A stretch of 64,000 nt of DNA from Candidatus Poribacteria bacterium (GTDB lineage Bacteria > Poribacteria > WGA-4E > PCPOR2b): NCBI GenBank assembly GCA_965215015.1, contig OZ244042.1, positions 1,504,001 through 1,568,000 on the forward strand, given 5' to 3'. Of this stretch, positions 18,668 through 29,739 are shown in pieces. The stretch's first letter is position 1; every line of letters starts with the position of its first letter. Both the position numbers and the translations under genes were made by a program. The notes under the pieces were generated by a model, which was given only the letters and a program-made list of their open reading frames with translations, ran no database searches and was not told where the DNA came from.

Positions 18668-18759
18668 CGCTCATGTTAAGAAATCGTGCAACAGCCTCCG
18701 AGTTTTTTCGGCAAAACTCGGAAGCTCTGCGTATTTTGGACCCTCTTTTTATATGCGCC
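18668..18759 (+). mobile_element. GGCTCATG-family MITE copy
   Basis: CGCTCATGTTAAG...ATATGCGCC flanked by AAAATTAA/AAAATCAA (7/8 target duplication). Confidence 0.7.
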
Positions 18760-18877
18760 AAAATCAAATTTAAGTATTAACCTTCATCTTAGTCACTTTG
18801 AGGCGTTACCGAGATATGACTGAATTGCTCATAACAAACATAAGTCTATTTTTCCAAGCGAATTTGATGCCACTTAA

Positions 18878-20164
<1,287 letters not shown>

Positions 20165-20374
20165 CCTCATGGTGCTAGTTCGCAACTGTTGATATGATCG
20201 TCCGTCGGAGACCGAGAGTAAAACATGATGCCTGAAACGTGAATGAACCACTGAACTCTTGAACAATGTGGAAAAGATATCTTCACCAATTGGCAACTTA
20301 GGCTATAACACGGGAATCCCCGGTAGACCTCCGGGATTAAAGAGTGTTATCTTGACAAAAGATAAATGATCTAC

Positions 20375-20389
20375 ATGTCAATTTGACAT
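20375..20389. promoter_or_regulatory. Palindromic operator / possible enhancer-binding-protein site ATGTCAA-T-TTGACAT
   Basis: Perfect 7-1-7 inverted repeat ~110 bp upstream of the sigma54-type promoter. Confidence 0.45.
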
Positions 20390-20499
20390 ATAGAAGATGG
20401 GCAAAACTTTCGTGCTTTATGGTCGTTACATTGACCAAAAATTTGCTCAATGACACCTGGTGTGCATTTGCAGCGGAATCGGAGTGAAAAGAATTGTTT

Positions 20500-20515
20500 T
20501 GGCATGTCATTTGCT
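20500..20515 (+). promoter_or_regulatory. Sigma54 (-24/-12) promoter of clpB
   Basis: TGGCATG-TCAT-TTGCT matches TGGCACG-N4-TTGCW. Confidence 0.65.
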
Positions 20516-20565
20516 AACTTAACTGTGATTTATATTTCATGCAATACATATCAGGAGAAAAAATC

Positions 20566-23178
20566 ATGCGTATCGATAAATTTACACAAAAGGGCCAAGA
20601 GGCACTCCTAGAAGCACAGAATTTGGCACAGAAGTACAATCATCCGGCGGTCAAACCGGAACATCTGCTCAAAGTGCTAGTGGAGCAAGAAGGTGGTGTC
20701 GTGCCATCTGTTCTCAAACGGATTGGTGTGGATACCGATTCACTACAACAGCATATTGATGAGACGCTAGATCGTATGCCACGCGCCACAGGTGCATCGG
20801 TTCAAGTTGGAATGGACCGGGACCTAGCGAGCGTTCTCAACGCAGCAGAAGTAATTGTCGATAAGATGAAGGACGACTATACCTCCACCGAGCATATCTT
20901 GCTGGCGATGGTGCAGGCGAAAGCGGCTACAGTTCGCGAATTGCTAGCATTCTTCGGCGTGAACGAAAAGAGCATCATGGAGGCCTTGATGGGCATTCGC
21001 GGCTCCCAACGGGTCAGCAGCCCGACACCCGAAGACCAATACGAGGCATTGGTCAAGTATGGGCGCGACCTCACTCAGGAAGCCCGTAAAGGGAAACTCG
21101 ATCCAGTGATTGGTCGGGACGAAGAGATTCGCCGCACAATCCAGATTCTGAACCGGCGCACGAAAAACAACCCGGTACTCATCGGCGAGCCGGGTGTGGG
21201 TAAAACTGCTATTGTTGAAGGGCTTGCACAACGAATCGTGCGGGGCGATGTACCGCTTGGGTTGAAAGAAAAAAGGCTTGTCGCGCTTGATCTTGGCGCG
21301 TTGGTCGCCGGCGCAAAATATCGTGGCGAGTTTGAGGAACGCCTGAAGGCAGTGCTGCAAGAGATCCAAAGTGCTGAAGGACAAATTCTCCTCTTTATCG
21401 ACGAGATGCACACCCTCGTCGGCGCAGGAGCAGCCGAAGGGGCAATGGACGCGTCCAACATGTTCAAGCCGATGCTAGCGCGCGGTGAACTCCACGCTAT
21501 CGGTGCAACCACGCTCGACGAATACCGCAAGCATATTGAAAAAGATGCTGCACTCGAACGCCGCTTCCAGCCGGTCTATGTCAATGAACCTTCCGTTGAG
21601 GACACCATCAGCATCCTGCGAGGCCTCAAAGAGCGATATGAAGTGCATCACGGCGTCCGTATCACCGATAGTGCAGCAATTTCCGCTGCGACGTTGAGCC
21701 ATCGCTATATCACCGATCGTTTTCTACCGGACAAGGCAATTGATCTTGTAGATGAAGCGGCAAGCCGACTCCGCACCGAAATTGATAGCAAGCCGGTCGA
21801 GTTAGACACAGTTGATCGAGAGGCCATGCAACTGCAGATCGAGCGGGAAGCCTTGAGAAAGGAGAAGGACGTCGGGAGCAAAGAACGGTTGAAAAAAATT
21901 GAACAACAACTCGCCAACCTCGAAGAGAAAAGCACGCAGCTGTCCGTCCGCTGGCAAGCTGAGACGAATGCAATCGAGAAGGTCCGCGGCATCCGTGAGC
22001 AGATTGACCAAGCCAACCAGCAAATTGAGGAAGCGGAACGTCAGACCGATTTACAGCGAGCCGCCGAACTCCGCTACGGTCATCTCCGTCAACTAGAGAG
22101 CGACCTTGCTGACGCCGAAGGGGCACTCGTTCAACTTCAGGGTGATGGCGCATTGCTGAAAGAAGAGGTGGACCCTGAAGACATCGCCGCCATTATCAGT
22201 AAGTGGACGGGGATTCCGGCGAGCAAACTACTGGAAGGTGAAATTGAAAAACTGGTCCAAATGGAGAAACGGCTTCATAACCGAATCGTTGGACAGGATA
22301 CCGCTGTCGAAGCGGTAGCACGGGCCGTGCGGCGAAGTCGTTCAGGCTTGCAGGACCCGAATCGTCCGATTGGCTCGTTTATCTTCTTAGGGCCAACAGG
22401 CGTGGGAAAAACTGAACTTGCCCGTGCGTTGGCAGAATTTCTGTTCGATGACGAACAGAACATGGTGCGGATTGACATGAGCGAGTATCAGGAACAACAT
22501 ACTGTGGCACGCTTAATCGGCGCACCACCGGGCTATGTGGGGTACGATGAAGGCGGTCAATTAACCGAAGCCATCCGACGCCGCCCCTACAGTGTCGTGC
22601 TATTCGATGAAATCGAGAAGGCGCACCCGGAAGTGTTCAACGTATTTCTACAGGTGCTCGACGATGGCCGGCTCACCGATGGTCAAGGACGTACCGTTGA
22701 TTTCCGTAACACGGTCATCATCATGACCAGTAACGTCGGCAGCGACTCGATTCTGAACATCGCAGATGACCAGTTGATGCGCGAGCGGGTAACCTTAGCA
22801 CTTCGTGAGCATTTCCGACCGGAGTTCCTAAACCGAATTGACGAAGTGGTATTCTTCCATCGTCTGGAAAGCGAACATATTCGTCACATTGCAGAGATTC
22901 AGCTTGACAACGTTCGTCAGTTGCTCGCCAAACGAGATATCTCAATCGAGATGACAGCGGCGGCAGCAGATCTCCTCATCCGGGAAGGCTACGACCCCGC
23001 TTACGGCGCGCGCCCCCTCAAACGGGTGATTCAGCGGCGAATCATAGACCCGTTGGCGTTGCAGGTTATCCAGAACGAGGTGCGTGCCGGGGACCATCTG
23101 ATCGTTGATGCGAAGGATGATGAACTCACATTCACAGTAACCGAATCGGCTGCAGAAGATAAACTCGCTGCGGGTTGA
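20566..23178 (+). CDS. clpB: ATP-dependent chaperone ClpB
   Basis: Clp N-domain, two AAA+ modules (GEPGVGKT; GPTGVGKT), coiled-coil M domain, YGARPLKR; likely start 20566 after AGGAG. Confidence 0.97.
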   Translation: MRIDKFTQKGQEALLEAQNLAQKYNHPAVKPEHLLKVLVEQEGGVVPSVLKRIGVDTDSLQQHIDETLDRMPRATGASVQVGMDRDLASVLNAAEVIVDKMKDDYTSTEHILLAMVQAKAATVRELLAFFGVNEKSIMEALMGIRGSQRVSSPTPEDQYEALVKYGRDLTQEARKGKLDPVIGRDEEIRRTIQILNRRTKNNPVLIGEPGVGKTAIVEGLAQRIVRGDVPLGLKEKRLVALDLGALVAGAKYRGEFEERLKAVLQEIQSAEGQILLFIDEMHTLVGAGAAEGAMDASNMFKPMLARGELHAIGATTLDEYRKHIEKDAALERRFQPVYVNEPSVEDTISILRGLKERYEVHHGVRITDSAAISAATLSHRYITDRFLPDKAIDLVDEAASRLRTEIDSKPVELDTVDREAMQLQIEREALRKEKDVGSKERLKKIEQQLANLEEKSTQLSVRWQAETNAIEKVRGIREQIDQANQQIEEAERQTDLQRAAELRYGHLRQLESDLADAEGALVQLQGDGALLKEEVDPEDIAAIISKWTGIPASKLLEGEIEKLVQMEKRLHNRIVGQDTAVEAVARAVRRSRSGLQDPNRPIGSFIFLGPTGVGKTELARALAEFLFDDEQNMVRIDMSEYQEQHTVARLIGAPPGYVGYDEGGQLTEAIRRRPYSVVLFDEIEKAHPEVFNVFLQVLDDGRLTDGQGRTVDFRNTVIIMTSNVGSDSILNIADDQLMRERVTLALREHFRPEFLNRIDEVVFFHRLESEHIRHIAEIQLDNVRQLLAKRDISIEMTAAAADLLIREGYDPAYGARPLKRVIQRRIIDPLALQVIQNEVRAGDHLIVDAKDDELTFTVTESAAEDKLAAG

Positions 23179-23678
23179 AAATGAGGTGAACGAGTGGCGG
23201 CGATATACACAAACGCTGCCGTTCCAAACGTGAGGCCCTTCCATATATGCACCCAACGCCAGTTTTGAACTCGACTTCGGCAACACCGTACCAGTGTTCG
23301 GGGAAACATATCAGGGTGTGATGTACACAAAGCATTGTGCCGTACACGAAATACAGGCTGAACGAAGTGTCCTTCCGTGGACCAACGACCGGGACTGGTA
23401 TGCTGACACGCAATCAACGCTAATCGTTACCGACAGTGAAAGAAAATTATCCATAGTACGCTTCACCGACCTGATGACCCCTAAATACAATGCCGGACTG
23501 GGTTGATGGCACCCCAATTCACTTTTCTTAAAAAAACTGCGAACTTAATACAAACTCATCTGCCCAAAGGGGCAGAGACACAAATTAGCAGCCGAAACCT
23601 ACATAATTATTGATAATAAATCCGTGGTTCGGCACTATTCTAACCATTCATCTTAGTAAGAAAGAAGGAGATTTTACC

Positions 23679-24152
23679 ATGAAACGCAGATGGTTCGTAC
23701 TAACCGCCATTCTCGCAATGGCAGCAGTTACCGTTTTCCTCACAAATCAAATTACCCAAGCCCAACGTCCAGACCGCGGCGGGATGCGCGATAGAGCCGG
23801 CGGTGAAAGGCGCGGCGGTTTCGGTGGGATGCGTGGATTCAGTCCTACCTCAATTATTGACAATTCATGGACTGACCTCACATTTGCCGTCAAGGTCGAT
23901 GATGACACACTCATCAAAGCCCGTCCAGTTTATCAGAAACATCGTGATAATCTTGAGAAAGCCTTCAAAGAAGCCAGCAAATCCGGCGATGCCGGAGGAG
24001 CACGTGAAGCCATGATGGAAATTCGCGATGGGTTCCAAACAGATTTGAAGTCAGTTCTGACCGAAGAGCAGATAACCCAACTTGACGCATTCCAAGAGAA
24101 GCGGATGATGAATCGAAGTGGGGGCAGAGGAGGGGGCGGCAGAGGCCGCTAA
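23679..24152 (+). CDS. Secreted helical protein (Spy/CpxP-like) with Gly/Arg-rich ends
   Basis: Signal peptide after GAAGGAG; VLTEEQ motif. Confidence 0.6.
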   Translation: MKRRWFVLTAILAMAAVTVFLTNQITQAQRPDRGGMRDRAGGERRGGFGGMRGFSPTSIIDNSWTDLTFAVKVDDDTLIKARPVYQKHRDNLEKAFKEASKSGDAGGAREAMMEIRDGFQTDLKSVLTEEQITQLDAFQEKRMMNRSGGRGGGGRGR

Positions 24153-24233
24153 ATCGCAACATAAAAACAGGGGAGAAATGGGTTCGTCCATTCTCCCCTT
24201 GTTCTTTGTCTCGCCAATGAAGGAGGATAATCG

Positions 24234-26258
24234 ATGGAGAAGAAATGGATCCTTGTCATAGTGATTGCCGTCGTGGTCCTTGTATCCGGCGGTTTACTGC
24301 TGTGGGGGCAGTTTGCTAAGGCAACCAAGGAGGAAGCCAGCAATATGCCTGAAATCAAAACCGCTACGGTTGAGCGGGGCAATATTGAGGTGACCATTGA
24401 TGCCACCGGGACCATTGAGCCGCTTAACATTGTCCAGGTGAGTTCCAAAGCTAGTGGTAAAATTTTAGAACTTCTCGTTGAAGAAGGGGATTACGTCGAA
24501 CAAGACGCTGTAATCGCGCGTATCGAAACCACCTATGTTTCAGCAGATCTGGAGCAGGCAAGAGCGGACCTTAGTGCCGCCGAAGCACGCCTCGACCAAT
24601 CGAAGATTAATATTGAACTGCAAAGGGAACAAACCGCGATTCAGATTCAGCAAGCCGAAGAAAAGTTGGCTGAGTCAGAAAAACAGTTGGAACAACTTAA
24701 AGAACAGATACGGATAGAAGAAATAGCCAATCAACGCCAGCTATCTGATGCGAAAAATGGCTACAGTATGGCGCAGTTGCGATACAAGCTCCTGACATCT
24801 GAGACGGTGCGGACGGAGGAAAAGGAGCGTGCAAAGGCGAGCGTGAACCAAGCAAAAGCCAACCTTGACCTTGCCAAAAAGGAGTATAATCGAAAACAGC
24901 AACTTTTCGAGAAGCAGTATATCTCAAAATCGGACCTCGACACCGCCGCGACGCAACGGGACTCGGCGCAAGCACAATATGACTCGGCTTTGCAGCAATT
25001 TGAACTGGTTAAACAACCGGCAAGTCCAGCGGAGTTAGAGCTCTCGCAGGCTGAGATTACGAAAGCAAAGTTCGCCATTGATGCGGCAAACGAACAGATT
25101 GAGAAACAGAAGTATCGTGAGATGGAGATAAAGATTCAGGAACATCGTGTCACACAAGCCAAGGACGCTTTGGAATTAGCACTTGCCAACCAAAAGCAAA
25201 TCGATCTCAAGAAAAAAGAACTTGAAAGTTCCACGGCACAACGCATGCGCAGTGAGAGTGCCTTGCGGCTCGCACAAGAAAGTTATGACGATACGGTTAT
25301 TCGCGCCCCCATCTCCGGCACGATTCTCGAAAAAAAGGTGGAGGAAGGACAGGTAATCGTCTCCAGCTTTAGTGGGGGTGGTAGGGGCGGCTCTGTTTCG
25401 TCCGAAGGTCAAGTGTTGGTAACAATGGCGGACCTCGAAAAGGTGTATGTGGCAACGGAGGTCGATGAAACCGATATCGGCAAGGTGAAGGTTGGTCAAC
25501 TGGTGACCATCACTGTCGAAGCCTATCCGGATCAGCCGCTGCAAGGACAGGTGCTTCGCATTGCACCGCAAGGGCAGGTGGTTCAAAACGTAACAACATT
25601 CAAAGTCATCACTGAGATTACCAATACGCGTCCAAGGGGACGTTGGGGGAGAGGTAGCGGATTTCGCCAAGGTGAAGGCGAGAGCGAATTCACACCGGGG
25701 CAGCGAGAACGCTTTCGCCAGATGCGTCAACAGCGACAGGAAGAAGCAGCACCCTCAGAGAACACCGAAACTTCTGACGAAAATTCAGCGGCTGTCGAGC
25801 CCACAGAAACACCCGATCCGTGGATGGCGATGGCTGACAATTTCTTCGGCAATCAAGGTGGGGGAGATTGGAATCGTGAGGAGAGCCCGTCAGAAGATAC
25901 GGATACACCGTTCTTGAAGCCGGGGATGAATGCGACCGTTGAGATTGCCGCCACGAGCAAGCGGAATATATTGGTTCTCCCAAATGAAGCAATTCTATCT
26001 TTCGGGAGCCGAAAAATGGTCCGCGTCGTTGGCGAAGACGGTCAGCCGAGGCGGCCGCAACCGATTGAGGCAGGCGTGAGTAGTTTCGACAGAACAGAAA
26101 TCATCTCTGGCTTAGATGAGGGGCAGGTCGTCGCCGTGGGCGGTTTCGAGCGGAGAGGCGGCGGGGACATGGAACGATTCAGACGTATGATGGGAAATCC
26201 GGCCTCTACAATGAGACGGATGCAGCGGGGTGCCGGTGGTGGCAGAGGTGGGCGCTGA
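24234..26258 (+). CDS. Periplasmic adaptor (MacA/HlyD-like membrane fusion protein)
   Basis: N-terminal TM, ATGTIEP, V.EGD.V lipoyl halves, long coiled coil, IRAPISG, VDETDIGKV, LKPGMNA. Confidence 0.9.
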   Translation: MEKKWILVIVIAVVVLVSGGLLLWGQFAKATKEEASNMPEIKTATVERGNIEVTIDATGTIEPLNIVQVSSKASGKILELLVEEGDYVEQDAVIARIETTYVSADLEQARADLSAAEARLDQSKINIELQREQTAIQIQQAEEKLAESEKQLEQLKEQIRIEEIANQRQLSDAKNGYSMAQLRYKLLTSETVRTEEKERAKASVNQAKANLDLAKKEYNRKQQLFEKQYISKSDLDTAATQRDSAQAQYDSALQQFELVKQPASPAELELSQAEITKAKFAIDAANEQIEKQKYREMEIKIQEHRVTQAKDALELALANQKQIDLKKKELESSTAQRMRSESALRLAQESYDDTVIRAPISGTILEKKVEEGQVIVSSFSGGGRGGSVSSEGQVLVTMADLEKVYVATEVDETDIGKVKVGQLVTITVEAYPDQPLQGQVLRIAPQGQVVQNVTTFKVITEITNTRPRGRWGRGSGFRQGEGESEFTPGQRERFRQMRQQRQEEAAPSENTETSDENSAAVEPTETPDPWMAMADNFFGNQGGGDWNREESPSEDTDTPFLKPGMNATVEIAATSKRNILVLPNEAILSFGSRKMVRVVGEDGQPRRPQPIEAGVSSFDRTEIISGLDEGQVVAVGGFERRGGGDMERFRRMMGNPASTMRRMQRGAGGGRGGR

Positions 26259-26281
26259 TAAACAAGGGAGGTACCTTTTAG

Positions 26282-27496
26282 ATGGGAATACTCGAAAGTT
26301 TAGCGAACGCGTTACGCGGTTTATTAGCAAATAAACTTCGATCGGCACTGACGATGCTTGGCGTGATTATCGGCGTGGGAGCGATTATGACCACAACCTC
26401 AATCGGCGAAGGGGCAAAAGCGGACATCACGGAGCGCATCCAGACGCTCGGAGCGAACATCCTAGCGGTCCGCCCGGGCCAGAGTCGTTTTCGTGGACGG
26501 AGTTCGGGGCAGGACCGTCAGAGTCTGAAGTACGAAGACGCCATGGTGTTGAGGGAACGGGCAAAGAATATTCTCTTGGTCTCACCCGAAGTATCTTCAC
26601 GCACTCAGGTCAAGCATGGAAACAAGAACCACAACACTACAGTTGTCGGCACAACACCGGAGTATCAGATTACAGCGAACTTCCCGGTTGAAAGAGGTGC
26701 GTTTTTTACTGAGAGCGATGTCCGTTCTCGGCGTCGGGTGTGTACGTTGGGAAAGACAGTCGTTGATGAACTGTTCGATGAGCGGGAAGATCCGATCGGC
26801 AAGACTGTCAAGATTCGGGGGCTTAACTTTCGGGTGCTTGGTCTGATGAAGGAGAAAGGGGCAACCGGTTGGCGAAATCCGGATGACCAGATTTTCATTC
26901 CGGTGTCAACGGCAATGAAACGGGTTTTTGGCAGGGATCACCTATCAAGTATCAGCGCGCAGGCAATAAGCAGCGAGGCGATGGAGCCTGCCCAAGCCGA
27001 AATCGAGAATCTCTTGCGGAAACAGCACAAACTCCCCGTCAACAAGGAGCTCGATTTTAACGTGCGGAATCAAGCGGAATTTCTTGAGACCTTGGAAGAA
27101 TCGGGGCAGACATTCACCTACATGATTATGGGCATTGCAATTGTGTCCCTGATCGTCGGCGGAATTGGGATTATGAATATCATGTTGGTCTCAGTGACAG
27201 AACGCACGAGGGAAATCGGTCTGCGGAAGGCAGTCGGTGCCAAACGTCACGATATTCTAATCCAGTTTCTGATCGAATCGATGACACTGTCGATCCTCGG
27301 TGGCCTGATTGGGATTGGCGTTGGGATATTCGGGTCGAAAATGGTGCCATCGCTCTGGGGATGGCGGACAATTATTTCGCCGATGTACACGGCGGTAGCA
27401 TTTTTCGTTGCAGCGTGGATTGGCATCTTTTTCGGCGCGTATCCGGCGTGGAAGGCAGCAAAGTTATCCCCGATTGAAGCACTCAGACACGAATAA
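26282..27496 (+). CDS. MacB-like ABC transporter permease (no fused ATPase)
   Basis: NKLRSALTMLGVIIGV, VGGIGIMNIMLVSVTERTREIGLRKAVGA, YPAWKAAKLSPIEALR. Confidence 0.92.
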   Translation: MGILESLANALRGLLANKLRSALTMLGVIIGVGAIMTTTSIGEGAKADITERIQTLGANILAVRPGQSRFRGRSSGQDRQSLKYEDAMVLRERAKNILLVSPEVSSRTQVKHGNKNHNTTVVGTTPEYQITANFPVERGAFFTESDVRSRRRVCTLGKTVVDELFDEREDPIGKTVKIRGLNFRVLGLMKEKGATGWRNPDDQIFIPVSTAMKRVFGRDHLSSISAQAISSEAMEPAQAEIENLLRKQHKLPVNKELDFNVRNQAEFLETLEESGQTFTYMIMGIAIVSLIVGGIGIMNIMLVSVTERTREIGLRKAVGAKRHDILIQFLIESMTLSILGGLIGIGVGIFGSKMVPSLWGWRTIISPMYTAVAFFVAAWIGIFFGAYPAWKAAKLSPIEALRHE

Positions 27497-27636
27497 ACGA
27501 ATTCAGCACAAATGCGTCAAAAAGGCATTCTTGGGCACTTGGGTTAAATTTATCCTATTTCAACTGTCTATATATCCCATTTTGGGAGTTCTTCCACGAA
27601 TTTGAAATCGGAGGCCGGCGGAAGGAGGGAAAGCAG

Positions 27637-29049
27637 ACGATTTCACATCTTACGCGTTACGCATCACGCATCACGTTTCACGCATTATGTCGCACTTTTC
27701 TACTCCTCCTATTCGCCATCGGTTGCGATGGGATAGACGAATCCCTTCGACAGAGCGAGGGGCTAATTCATTCAGGCAGGTATGATGAAGCGGTTGCCTT
27801 GCTAGCACAGATTATCTCAGCGGATGATCGAAATCCGAAAGCGCGACTCCTGATGGGCCAAGCACATGAGGCACTGGAAAACTACGATCGCGCGATTCAC
27901 CAGTTGAAAGCTGCAATTCGATTGTACGTTGCCCAACCCGAAGACCGTGCGCTGGCGCGGCTCCGGCTAGCGAAGATTTATCTGAGATTGGGGGTGCGCC
28001 AGGAAGGGATCAATCAATTGCGGGCAATCGTTCATTCCACATCAGATAGTGCGATGATACAACAGGTCGCGGGGCTTGTCACCGATGCTTACCAAGTGGT
28101 TCAGATTACAAAGGGAAATCCGGAAAACTACTCGCCAAACTTCTCCCCCGATAGTACACGGATTGCCCTTGCATCATCCCGTTCGGGTAACAGTGAAATC
28201 TATCTGATGGATGTGAAGGGAAGTAACCTCCAACAGGTTACGTTCACACCAGATTTTAATGAAGATACGCCGCGATTTCTGGGCGATTCACGGTATATAG
28301 TACATAGCCGTGAACCGAAAAGTGCTGGCGAAGTCCAGATTGTCTTACAGAGCGATGGAACAACGCCGGTCTACACTGGCATTTATGCGACTCACCTTGA
28401 TAGCAAGGTAACACAGGAACTTTTGCCACTTGGATTGGGGGTCCGCGTGCCCTGTTTATCGCCAGATTGGAAGCGCGTGGTCTATGAGGCAAGCAGGGAT
28501 AGAACCTTAGACCTATACACCCTAGATCTGAACGACATCAATCTGGAAGATATGGAGGCAAAAATAATCGTGCCCACACGCATCACTGACAGTGAGGCTG
28601 ATGAGGGCAGCCCAACTTTTTTCCCCGATGGGAGACGGCTCGCGTTTGTGTCTGCGGGACCCGAAGGTACAGGCCCTCGCCGCACCGCCCCCGGTCTTAG
28701 TAAACCGCTCCACCAGATCTACACCATCAACGTTGATGGCAGCGACGAAAAACATCTGAATCCCAATCCCTACGACTGCTACAGTCCGGTGATTGCACCG
28801 GACGGGAAAACCATTGCCTTCGTCTCAGGGCGGATGGATGACATTGAGATCTATCTGATGGATATAGATGGAACGAATGAGCGACGCATTACCAGCGGCA
28901 TTGGTGTTTCAATGCAGCCCGCCTTTTCGCCGAATGGGAAAAAGCTCGTATTTGTCTCTGACCGGAGCGGCACCCTCCAAATCTACCTGATGTCTCTTGA
29001 CCAACCAGTGACACGGGAGATTTTAATCCAACGCTTGCAAGGAGAATAG
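27637..29049 (+). CDS. TPR + TolB-like (PD40) beta-propeller lipoprotein; start uncertain (ACG/ATT at 27637/27640 or TTG at 27799)
   Basis: Open frame upstream of 27799 encodes LLLLFAIG-C lipobox; TPR helices then P.FSPDG..IAF.S.R repeats. Confidence 0.75.
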   Translation, partial: TISHLTRYASRITFHALCRTFLLLLFAIGCDGIDESLRQSEGLIHSGRYDEAVALLAQIISADDRNPKARLLMGQAHEALENYDRAIHQLKAAIRLYVAQPEDRALARLRLAKIYLRLGVRQEGINQLRAIVHSTSDSAMIQQVAGLVTDAYQVVQITKGNPENYSPNFSPDSTRIALASSRSGNSEIYLMDVKGSNLQQVTFTPDFNEDTPRFLGDSRYIVHSREPKSAGEVQIVLQSDGTTPVYTGIYATHLDSKVTQELLPLGLGVRVPCLSPDWKRVVYEASRDRTLDLYTLDLNDINLEDMEAKIIVPTRITDSEADEGSPTFFPDGRRLAFVSAGPEGTGPRRTAPGLSKPLHQIYTINVDGSDEKHLNPNPYDCYSPVIAPDGKTIAFVSGRMDDIEIYLMDIDGTNERRITSGIGVSMQPAFSPNGKKLVFVSDRSGTLQIYLMSLDQPVTREILIQRLQGE

Positions 29050-29104
29050 CCTCTCGACCGAACTATCATTCCCATTTCTTACTTAATTTTTCAACACTCA
29101 GAAG

Positions 29105-29726
29105 CTTCCATAGAGCAAGAGTATTCCGCCGTTCTGTACTTTCACCGGAGATGCAAGACCGCATCCAAGTGATTGTCGCAGAGAATTAAGCGCATCATGG
29201 ATATATTGTCCGTGCTATTGAATGTATGCCTGAACTCATTCATCTTCTGGCGAGCATCCCCCCACGCAAGCCATGGGAACCGCCATTTGGTAAAATCAAA
29301 GGGGTCATCTCTAAAACACTCCGTGAAGAGTTCCTCGTATTTCGGAAGCGTCTCCCCCAACTCTGGACACGCTCAAAGTTTGTTACCTCCACAGGGGATG
29401 TGACCTTAAAAGCCTTGAAACAATACATTGAAAGCCAGAAAGGAGTTTAGTGTTGAAGTGTGTCAGGACCGGTGTATTGAAGATTCCCACACAACCTGCA
29501 TTCCCTGAAATCAATGCTGCCGCTGTGGTTTTGCATACCACAGAGACAGCGTTGACGCATTCAACATTCGTAAAAAGTATCAGGGATGTCTCGGCACCCC
29601 TGTAGGGATGGCCATGGCACCGCCCGTTGGGATTCGTTTAGAAATCCGATGTTGTTCTGCTAGAGCAGAGAATATTCTCTGGAAGAACAGAAGAATCTTC
29701 TGCCTTTAGGGTGGAGAGTATGTCAA
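29105..29726 (+). mobile_element. IS200/IS605 remnant: decayed tnpA, largely deleted tnpB, intact right-end hairpin
   Basis: ECMPELIHL and RLPQLWTRSKFVTSTGDV...QYIESQK resemble Y1 TnpA; GAATCTTCTGCCTTTAGGGTGGAGAGTATGTCAA right end. Confidence 0.75.
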
Positions 29727-29739
29727 TTGGCAGCACCTC

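Noticed and set aside
18200-18773. ORFs 18200-18619 (-) and 18543-18773 (+)
   Set aside because: They run across intergenic repeat and MITE sequence and show no protein-like features
23180-23520. Short ORFs downstream of clpB
   Set aside because: No RBS, motif or recognisable family; may be a decayed fragment, cannot be supported
23550-23605. c-di-GMP-I (GEMM) riboswitch upstream of the Spy-like gene
   Set aside because: Only superficial CAAAC...GACACAAA similarity; lacks the GAAA tetraloop/receptor and second stem
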